Below, piece by piece: positions 23,255-32,868 of a stretch of DNA of 64,000 nucleotides (position 1 is the first letter of the stretch; each line of letters starts with the position of its first letter). The stretch covers positions 1,364,001 through 1,428,000 of the forward strand of contig OZ076409.1 of the NCBI GenBank assembly GCA_964187785.1, given 5' to 3'. This stretch comes from Amphiscolops sp. MND2022 (taxonomy: Eukaryota). Both the position numbers and the translations under genes were made by a program. Under the pieces are notes generated by a model. The model made no database searches and was not told the DNA's origin. It worked only from the letters and a program-made list of their open reading frames with translations.

Positions 23255-24082
23255 TTAATCATATAAAATGAAATTTATTTCCGTTGGTGTTAATTTCATT
23301 CTGTGTTTCATATCAACAAGGTCTTTATAGGAATCTTTTTTCAATGACTCCAGAATTGATTGTCTGGTAGAATATTCTAAATCAGACAGATAATATTCAC
23401 CATCTGAAGTAGGTATTGTTTTTCCATACTTTTCCTTTAAATAGGATTCGCTAAAAGTTAGATAATTTGCAAAAGCTTGATCTTTATTGGGAAAGGAATC
23501 GAACAAACCTTTGTCATAAAGCAGTTGAATTATGTTGTTAGTTATAGTAATTTTATTTTGATCTAGGCTATTAAAAATTTTATTAATTTCATCTTCATTT
23601 AAAATCATTCCAGCTTGACCCACCTGACTCATAAACTTTAAATTACGGACTGTTAACATTTCAAAACTATTGTTGTGTATTAAATTTAGTACCTCATTTA
23701 CTAAAACAGTTCTTTGTTCGGCGAAAGATTTTTTCATACTTTGTTCTAAATTATTTATAGTTTTTGAAAGGTCTGAAAACTGGGAATAAATATCATTCAT
23801 TAACTTTGTGTTTAATAAAACATTTTGAATTTCCTGGTGGTCTAGTGTTTGATGCGCCTTCGCGATAGCTACCGCGGAAGCTGTCACGTCTAGCATTTTT
23901 TCTTCTACTTGATTTTCTATGTCTTTTTCAAAATCGCGTTGCAAATCTTCTTTTAATTTGGAATGTGTTATTTGGGCTAATTTTTCTTGACTTTTTATCA
24001 TGTCTTTTAGCTCTCGATATTCCCTCAGTTTTAGCTGTTCACTAGAATAACCAAACTTATGAAGAGACGGAGTTTCATACAT
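23255..24082 (-). CDS. Hypothetical helical/coiled-coil protein
   Basis: 275-aa ORF with ATAAATG start inside the element; no recognised domain. Confidence 0.7.
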   Translation of the reverse strand: MYETPSLHKFGYSSEQLKLREYRELKDMIKSQEKLAQITHSKLKEDLQRDFEKDIENQVEEKMLDVTASAVAIAKAHQTLDHQEIQNVLLNTKLMNDIYSQFSDLSKTINNLEQSMKKSFAEQRTVLVNEVLNLIHNNSFEMLTVRNLKFMSQVGQAGMILNEDEINKIFNSLDQNKITITNNIIQLLYDKGLFDSFPNKDQAFANYLTFSESYLKEKYGKTIPTSDGEYYLSDLEYSTRQSILESLKKDSYKDLVDMKHRMKLTPTEINFILYD

Positions 24083-24122
24083 TTATTAAGATGAAAAAGT
24101 TGAAAAATACGCGAAGCTACGC

Positions 24123-24381
24123 AAAACCCATAGGCATGCTCATTTGCATTGGTATATGCATTGACATGCCTATGGTAAACTCAAAGCCCATCGGGAGTCC
24201 GTTCCACTAAGAGTTTCCACAGCAGGGATTATCCTTTTTAAGAACTGTGCCATTGGTGATTATTCTCCCATAGCATGTAAGTTGTAACAAAGACTGGGGG
24301 ACGTTGGATAGAAGTGAACCCCAAACACTCCGGCCGAAGCCTTAACTTTAGTCAATGCTATAACCACTAAGCTATGGGAGA
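24123..24381 (-). ncRNA. Candidate Pol III structured RNA (tRNA-like/VA-RNA-like)
   Basis: Minus strand: TATATAA at 24408-24402, A-box TAGCTTAGTGG at 24374-24364, GGC-UUCG-GCC at 24341-24332, B-box-like GGTTCACTTC at 24320-24311, 11-bp stem 24381-24371/24274-24264, first T4 at 24126-24123. Confidence 0.45.
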
Positions 24382-24426
24382 CGAATCAATGTTAGTTGTA
24401 GTTATATAAGAATAACGTATGCGCCG

Positions 24427-24614
24427 GTACATTAACGTTGGCTGTACATTAACGCTGGCTGTACAGCAACGTTGGTTGTACATTAACGTTGGTTGTACAT
24501 TAACGCTGGTTGTACATTAATGCGGGTTGTGCATTAATGCTGGTTGTGCATTAATGCTGGTTGTGCATTAATGCTGGTTGTGCATTAATGCTGGTTGTAC
24601 ATTAACGCTGGTTG
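24427..24614. repeat. Subterminal 17-bp tandem array (~11 copies) next to the right TIR
   Basis: Unit gtacattaacgYtggYt with gtgcattaatgctggtt variants. Confidence 0.9.
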
Positions 24615-24616
24615 CA

Positions 24617-24783
24617 ACGTTGACATTAAACTATAGAGGTTAGTGAATTTTGCTTCATGGTAAAAACACTATTTTGCGGGAGCTTTCGCGATGATTTGTT
24701 TTCTAAAAAGTGCTTAAAATCAATGGTTTTGAGGACTTTTAATTTTTGGGGTTTTTGTGGCCCGTATCGGGATTTCCTATACT
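24617..24783 (-). repeat. Polinton right TIR (167 bp; lacks terminal ACT)
   Basis: Ends ...gatttcctatact rather than ...ctatactact. Confidence 0.95.
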
Positions 24784-24840
24784 GAAAGAATTTGATATAG
24801 TTACAATTAAAACCTTGAGGATTATCTCTATAGCACTGTT
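24784..24840 (+). repeat. Right copy of 57-bp flanking duplication
   Basis: gaaagaatttgatatag...ctatagcactgtt. Confidence 0.95.
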
Positions 24841-25549
24841 GACACGCTCTCAAAAATATACCTCGATTGTTGGATATTTTCGAATCAAAATAGCAACATT
24901 TCACGCCAGGAAAAAACCGAAATTGTCTAGAAGGGCCATTATTTTAACGGCATTTCTCTCTGCCATTATATAAAAAGCAACTTTTAACTCGCCGTCATAG
25001 CAAAACATAAGAGCGACTGCATCTCGCGCTTGGCTTGGAGCAGAAAGGTTCAGGGGTCTGCAGAAGGTGCTCCGATTGGTTTATATTCCAGGACCCAAAA
25101 CCTTTTGAACTTATCCAGTCGCAGATCAACAGTTTTTGATGAAGAACTAAAAAAAAACAGAAAAAATTGAGAAAAATGAAAAACTGCGAAAAACATCCTA
25201 GTGGTGAATGGTCAGAAAGTCGGATGTATTGTTTTTCGCAAACAAAATGAAAATACAAACAGAAAAAATTACATTGAATAACGCGAAAGTCGAATGTTCC
25301 GAAGATATGAAATAGTTAGGGGTTTATTTTGCTCATTGTTTTACCTACTAAGTTGAAATCAAAATCGTGTTCAATCAAATGGCTACATCTAAATAATTTT
25401 TTTACTCTTTCCATTCCACATTAAGCGAAGAAAGCAGACTCCTTGTGCTCAAAACTCTGATGAAGAGTGTCACAGTCCGCGCCCGGACTGGATTGAATTA
25501 AAAGCAAACTAAAACTAATATAGGTCACCGCTTCGCCAATACGATTGAA

Positions 25550-26110
25550 TTTGCGTCGCGACTACGCTACGTCACAGCTATGGCAGCTAGCTAGAATTTC
25601 ATTCCAAAATGTGACGTCAGCATGTCGTCTAACTTGGCAGCCAGTCAGAAATTCATTCCAAAATGTGACGTCAGCATCTCGTCTAACTTGGCAACTAGCT
25701 AGAAAGTATTCCAAATCAGACGACGATATGACGTCACAGCTATGGCAGCTAGCTAATTTTCATTTCAAATTTACGTCCACTATATCGGCGGACTAAGTCT
25801 AATACTAATACGTACGTCCACGTTACGTCGCAGATCCATCAAAATAGCTGTTTTAATCCATCCAAAACACCTCATTTACGTCCACGCTACGTCCACTATA
25901 ATGGCGGACTAAGTGTAATACCAAATTTACGTCCACTCTACGTCCCAAATTTATAAAATTAGGCGTTTTAGTCTGTATTAAATTTAAAAGAAGCTTTATT
26001 TTACTACGGTAAAACTAATCGAAGCTAGAATATGAATCAACGTCAACACTACGTCGCAATTTAACTAACCAAACCAAATTTTGACTCTACGTCAGTATTG
26101 CGTCGACTAA
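25550..26110. repeat. ACGT-core (TACGTC/TGACGTCA) degenerate tandem repeat region
   Basis: Repeated acgtcacagctatggcagctagcta, aattcattccaaaatgtgacgtcagc and tttacgtccac units. Confidence 0.65.
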
Positions 26111-28844
26111 GATTCAATTCGAACGGAATATGGTATTTAAGCCAGGATTTTTCAGATTTACTTAAAATAACAGTGTTTTAATACGATTTACATTGAAAAG
26201 TCACAGTTTATATTCAATTTGTGTTAATAAACTGAAGTCCAAGCTGGATTTTAAATGTACGTTTTGACTACCTAATTTCATAAGTTCATATGCTGTTTGA
26301 CGATGTCACGTCGTCTTTTATTGTTGCTCAAAGGTGTTGCTCCTAACTTTAATCAGATAAATAATTATCAATTGTTGAAAGATATAATTGTTTAGCCTCA
26401 TGTAAATCAGTCACTCTCTTAGCATCACCAAATTGCCTAAATCAAGATAATTAATCATAATTTTCTTCAAGTTGAAATTCAAAATCAGGTATTAGTTGTT
26501 CACGTCAGCGTCATCTCCGCGTCGGTTTCTTACGAACCAAAGCAGAAAAACGGGGAAGTATTTCCGGTTTGACAGACTGAAGTAATATCTACTTCCTGCT
26601 TGGGAGGAAACAAAAGGACGCCGGAATGAAATGATATGATCATGATTGATGTCTAATACTAGATTAGAATTGCCGTGTCTCAAAAATTGACAAAATGCTG
26701 ACGAAGATCAAAGTTTTGCCGCAAAATTACAGGAAGTGACTAATATCTCGATGGAAATTAAAGTACGCGAGTATGAACAGATGATGCTAGGAGGGTATAT
26801 ATAGCTTGTACCTGTAAACTTATTCATTCAATTTCAATTTCTGATTCAATCTGCTGTCTTGTATCAAATTCTACTTTGTTTTGTTAAAACAATTACTCTG
26901 CAAACTTCAATTCAAAATTGATAAATCCGAAAATCTTTTCATCAAGAGAAGCTAGAAAAGAAGAATGTCCTTCAAAAAAGGAACAAAAATGATCAAAAAT
27001 GTACAGAACAACGACCCTAACAGGAGTCGTAACAAAGAGCATTTTGAAGTATCCTTGTTTTAGTCGGCTGAGTCCCAAAAAACTCAAATTTTCTCTGGAG
27101 AGGAACTTAGCTCGACGGTGAACGTTTGTTTTTATCGGTCAAAATTCCAAAGATCGTCTGATTTGAAATTGAAGCACAGTATCTTCGCTGTTCGTAATTT
27201 TCTTGACCTCAACACATTTAACTATCTACGAGAATGTAAAATTAAAGAGTTGACTGCTCTAGATGACAATCCCATCTTATCTTCAATAAAATAGTCTCCA
27301 ACTTCTTCGCCTAATTTTTTGTCTTTCAACATCTTCGACGCCGAAAAATTTCTTTTTTCAAGCGCATCGTTTCCGTTTGGATCTTTTTGCCCAAAACTTG
27401 AATCGAAACATCAGAGTTTCAAATAGAAATTGGGAGAGATGTATCTTTTCAAAATGAGAATGGACCTAGCACTTAATTACTATTTGAATTGCATGGATTT
27501 TAAATTCTAGTCTCCATATACGAAGAAGTCTTCATTGCCTAGTATATGATTCAATTGATTTCTACACTTGCATCTTTCATGATGAATTTTATCATCAAAT
27601 TATGGAATTCGGTGTTCTTTTACAAAGTACTACTTACTTATTCCAGTGCCACGTCATCAACGAATTCAAGTTTAGACTTATCGTGAGATGTTGTTGCAAA
27701 TTAAAGATTTGCGATTGAACGCATACCGAAAGATCTCGGCAAAAAGTTTAAATATGGATTTATTTCCGGATACCCAGCGAAAAACAAACGCTCGCATTAG
27801 ATGACAGTGAAAACCTGATTCTCATGCTTGAGAATTCTTTTTGATATCCATTGTGTTGCACTTATTAGTTCAGGGGTTCGAATCATACCAGCTGCAAAAC
27901 TTTTTTTCCAATTTTTGAAGTCAAGTATAATCTGCATACTCACTCAAGTAGTACTCCAGTTTTTCGGAGGTTCTTCGAAACGTCAATTGATATTTGTACC
28001 GCCACAAATCATTGCGCTTGGAAAAAACTCGCAAAAGTAGTACTTATAACTACAACTGATAGTTTTTGGTATAAGGATCAAAACTTGTTGTGACTTATGA
28101 ATTTTTTCCTTGAAAAGTTACCCGTTTTCAAGTTGTGTCCAGTTGCTGAAATGTTGAAAACTTGCATTTTTTTGACAATTTGAGGGAAATTGGTAACTTG
28201 AGGAGTGAAGAACACTCCGCCTATGGAAACGTTTCTATTCCCCTCGAACGAGTAAAGGCGGGAAACGTGAAGTGGGTTGCAGTGCGTTGTTCTGCAGCAG
28301 CAAATGCGAGAGCTTTTTCCGGGTATTAGTGTAATAAATTATCACAGCCCAGGGAAATGTCAGCTATGGAAGGGAGGCGATACCTGGTTGAATGAACATT
28401 TATCATAAACAATTTTCACTTGACAAATTCGCTGTTTTCTAATTCCGACCTTCTTGTCAAAGAACGCCCTTATAAATACTTTCGGAAAAAGGGAAGAACG
28501 TTTATGTTTCCATCATCAAAATTTTAAAAACATTTCTTTTACAAATATAAGCGCCCTTTGAAGAGGATAAAATCTCCTGAGTTATGAAGGTTCGATTAGC
28601 ACTTCAAAAAGATGAACTGAAATGAATGCTTGAATAATATATATTCAGTACATTTTGTATTTCTGGTTGTTCTCAAAAACAACTGTTCTTATATTTTTCT
28701 GCATTGCTCGTTAATGTTTGCTCATATTTCATTTATAAAAAGAATATATGCGTGTCGGCATTTTTTTCGGGCTTATTACGGTGTTATGAAAATTCTGACG
28801 ACAGTTCACTGTTTTGACTAAATATTTATACTCGCTTCCGAGTC

Positions 28845-28885
28845 GCGAGCTTTTAACCCAAAAGGTTGGTGGTTCGAATCCCTCT
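28845..28885 (+). pseudogene. tRNA-derived 3-prime half (Lys-TTT-like loop plus B box); SINE remnant
   Basis: gagcTTTTAAccc...GGTTCGAATCC; no D arm or acceptor stem. Confidence 0.35.
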
Positions 28886-28913
28886 GCAGTCCACTTTTGT
28901 TGTTGTGGTTCAT

Positions 28914-29385
28914 TTTTAGTCGGCGCATTTTTCTTCAGACCATAGAACTCACACTGATCGGCCCACGTTTACAGAAACGACTAAAACTACCCAGGCCATG
29001 TCCGGCGTTTTTTAACGCAATCTACAAACAGGACGAGACTAAAGGGTACCTCTTTTGATATTTTTGGCACAGTGCGACTTTTTGAAATTATTTTAATGTC
29101 TCCAAAGGGTTCCCACTTCGAGTTTTTGTTATTTTGCAACAGAATGCATGTTAATGGACCCAAAAGGGCCCTCCTTTACTTTTTTCGGCACTATGCGACA
29201 TTTTCCGGAAAAAAAGTTTTTTGTTCCCAGCTGGTTTTCCAGTCTTATCGAGCATGAAAGGCACCCTTTGGGTGTCTCGAAACTGTTTTCAGAGTTTTTC
29301 ATAAATACGTCCTGATCATATTTTAAAAACATGGCGCTTTTTGAGCCTTAAATATAGCGCCTACTTTAGACGTTCTCGTTTTGTT
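28914..29385 (-). mobile_element. HINE/Helentron-like non-autonomous repeat copy
   Basis: Family ends AACAAG.. and ..GCGCCGACTAAAA; internal aaagggNccc blocks. Confidence 0.65.
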
Positions 29386-30341
29386 TAAAAAAATCATGAG
29401 GAACTTAAGTTCCCAAAATACTCGAATACCAATTCTGCATCCAGTTAATCTTTGAAAAACGTTTCCACGTATTACACTAAGTAACGCTAATCATTTTCCA
29501 TTGCAAACATTATATTGTTGTTTCCATAGTGAATAGTATTTTGGAATTCGTCACTATTTTTGTCTACTTCTAAAAAGAGCCGACGTCAGTTATTCTGCAA
29601 TAGATATTACACCATTTCTAAATTAGATGAACACAATTTCAATCTAGTTGAACGTCGTGCTTCTGGATTCCAATAATGACAATTGAAATAAATCAATGCT
29701 ATCACAATTCCAATGTATGTAGATGAATGAAAGCTTATTTTATTTGAATAAACAAGAATGCTTACAAAACTTGGCAGCCCATTAAAACAGAGTCATACCA
29801 AATTGTCATTTTGATTGAATAAAAAAATTTACTTGAATAAAATGAAAGGCCAAGAACTAAGCAGCAGTCGCATAAGGTAAACACAGCAAGTTCTCAGTCT
29901 CAGCAAAAGAAGGAGTTAATGGAAATTGGTGATTAATTCATCTAAAATGGAATTTCATTCAACTAAATTGAAATTTTGTTGCGTATTTAGTTTTATCGTC
30001 ACTCGCAGATTCATCTAAAATGAAAATTTTTCATTTAAATTGACACCGATCAGCGGGGACATGTTAATGGAGCGATTGCAACTTATTGGTGAATTCATCT
30101 ATCTTGAAATTTTGTTCATCTAATTTAGAAACGGTGTATATTGAGCGGGACAAAGAAGATTTTGAAATGGAACAAAATTGCCGCATAATTGTTCACACAT
30201 CAAGCAAGCGCATTAATCAAAGATAATTAGCACAACGAGATTACTAATTACGAAATTACAACAGCAATGTGTTGAAAGAAAACGCCACATTGAGTGTTTT
30301 GTTATCTCGGATGTTTTAACTCCGGATACTCTGTCTTTGAC

Positions 30342-30839
30342 TTTTAAGCCAGCGTTTTTCTAGTGAAAAGTGCCCGACTATTACAGTGGCTAGTTTTTTT
30401 TCTTTTTTCTTTTTCGTCAGACTACAATCTCACTCCGATTTGTCCACTTTTCTTACAACAGAAACTACTAAAACTACTAAGGCCGTAAGGCCAAGTCCGG
30501 ACAGCGGAAATTAGTGCAAAGGGCCCCCTTTCATTTTTTACTTTTTTAACGTAACCTACAAAACCGGACGACACTAAAGGCCACACTTTCGATTTTTTTC
30601 CGGCACTGTGCGACTTTTTTTCGAATTTTTTTCTGTTTCCAAAGGGCCTCTCCTTTCATTTTTTACTTTTGTAACGTAACCTACAAAACCGGCCGAGACT
30701 AAAGGGTCCCCCTTTTGCATTTTTCGGCACTGTGCGAAATTTTCCGAAAGAGAAAAATTTTCGAAAATTTCAAGTTTTTTCCAAAAAAACTAATTTGAGC
30801 CTTAGATATAGCGCCGACTTTAGACGTTCTCGTCTTGTT
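30342..30839 (-). mobile_element. HINE/Helentron-like repeat copy
   Basis: gagccttagatatagcgccgactttagacgttctcgtcttgtt end; shared internal blocks. Confidence 0.65.
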
Positions 30840-31803
30840 TGTCTGAAGTGTAATTAGATAATTGCATTTCGAAACGCATCAATGAAGTTGATAACGACTT
30901 GCTTCTATTCAACTATGTTTTTTGTTGTTATTTTCCGACCCCACATTTTAAAAATGGGGGGGGAATCTTGATCTGTGACGCGTTTTTTTCCAAATTTTGC
31001 CAAATCTCCACAATCTCCACTTTTTGATTACTTGACTTGATGAACATGATGCAAGTCTTCTCTTTCTCTCTTTCTCTCAGAATAAAAATGGGAATAAGAT
31101 CCAAAGAGAACAAGATCTAAAATTTCAGGACGGGAATAAGATCTAAAAGGAATAAGATCTAAAATCACTAAATTTTAGATCCTGTTTTTTAGATCCATTC
31201 CCCCTTCCCAAAATAGCTATGGCTCAGTTGGTGAAGGCGAACAGGGCGGAAAATATCCCGGTGCTTAGCGGGCGTCTTGTTAATAATGATGAAAATCGGC
31301 TATTTTGTCATGTTCTGAAAATCGACTGTTTTGTGCCGCATCTGCGATTATGAAGATATAACCTAATAGTCATCGCTTTATAGTGAACTCGATCAGGATG
31401 AATTTAGTATTGCATATGGTGGTTATCCACAAATAACCCCTATAAAAATGTAATGCCCTAATTTCTCTTGGTATGTAAAGTGAGTAATAAATGACCTGTA
31501 TTTACTGAGAAGAAGGTAATTGCCATTGGGAAAAGGTATTTATGATAATGATATGTTTCAAAATTCAATCTGGGATTTGTTTCGGATTGACCGGTTATAG
31601 ACTGTAACTAAATACTACTTTATGGTCATATAATGACTGTTTTTTCAAAATATTTATTATGATTTTCACGATTGTAGTATGAGTTTCATCTTTCTATATC
31701 AATAAGCAATCATAGGGCGTGAGTTCTGTTCACCCTGTGCTGAAACGAATTTAGGGGGAGGGTTAGAACATATACTTTACGAACCACTGTTTGGGTTTCA
31801 TGA

Positions 31804-31885
31804 GGAATTATTAGAAAAGGTCCTTGCACCCTATTTCATGATAGTTACCATGAAATAGGGTTCAAGGACTTTTTCTAATAATTCC
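31804..31885. repeat. Foldback (37-bp arms, 2 mismatches, 8-nt loop)
   Basis: 31804-31840 vs 31849-31885. Confidence 0.85.
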
Positions 31886-32387
31886 ACCACCGATTTAATT
31901 CCCCCAGTCAAGCGGTCAAGTGAAATTATCATCGAATTGATAGTAACAGCCAATCACATTGCAGTATTTTATAACTCTAACTGCTACTGAAACTCATCGT
32001 TCTCTTGGGGGGGGGGGGTTGGTTGTAAATTTTTCGCTCTTACTGCGGGGACAACTACCAGAAAAAACCCGGTTCAAATGCGAAACTTCAAGCCTAGCAT
32101 GATGAAGCGACATGAAGCACAATTGGAAATTTATGGAAACGGAAAAAAATCAATCTCAAAAGAAAGTATTTTGGAGTCAGAACATGGGAAAGTACATTAA
32201 ATATAAAGTAGTTTTCCTAATCGCGGCATAATCGAATTCTGATTATTGCGTCATGGTAAAAAAACTCATTAACCTTTCCACTAGGTAATTACTGAACTTC
32301 AGTTTTAATGGCTACTCAGAGTTTTGCTTCAAGTTGTTTGCTTCATTCGTTATGCATTATGAATGAGGCTCCATGAGACAATTTTGA

Positions 32388-32868
32388 TTTTAGTCGGCGC
32401 TTTTCTTAAGAAAAGAGTCGACTATAGTCATGACTTTTCGCCAGTGTTTTTTAATTTTTTTTTCGATACACCTGAAGTGACCAAAATAGTTCTACCAAAT
32501 GTTCTACAAAATTTTAAGAAGACGCCAAATTGTACCTGTTGGCTCAAGGAACTGAACCAAAAAGGTTTCCCGCGTAACGTACAACACCGGACGAGACCAA
32601 AGGGCCCCCTTTCAGTTTTTTTGGAATAGGGAGACTTTTTTCGGAAAAAAATTCTCAAAGGGTCCCCCTCAATTTTTCTTCAAGTTTTGCAACAGAATTG
32701 ATGTTGAAAAATCCCAAAGGGTCCCCCCTTTCATTATTTTTTGGCACTGTGAGACTTTTAAAAAAAATTTCGGGTGCTGTAGAAGAGAATACTTGTACAC
32801 TTTGAATTCCTTTAGCTATTTTTGAGCCTTAGATATGGCATCGACTTTTGGGCCGGTCCCGGCTTGTT
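32388..32868 (-). mobile_element. HINE/Helentron-like repeat copy
   Basis: ttttagtcggcgc ... gggccggtcccggcttgtt. Confidence 0.7.

Larger units (their letters stand above)
9704..24783. mobile_element. Full-length Polinton/Maverick (adintovirus-like) endogenous DNA virus, ~15.1 kb
   Basis: AGTAGT left terminus; identical TIRs; pPolB, RVE integrase, packaging ATPases, adenain-like protease, DJR major capsid and penton all present. Confidence 0.97.

Noticed and set aside
24300..24381. Bona fide tRNA gene in the Polinton
   Set aside because: The anticodon-position loop is 4 nt, the T arm is non-canonical and the acceptor partner lies too far downstream; kept only as a tRNA-like ncRNA candidate
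24427..24614. CRISPR-like array
   Set aside because: Head-to-tail 17-bp repeats with no unique spacers and no cas genes; eukaryotic context
24626..24973. ORFs spanning the right TIR
   Set aside because: They cross the element/host junction and show no protein motifs
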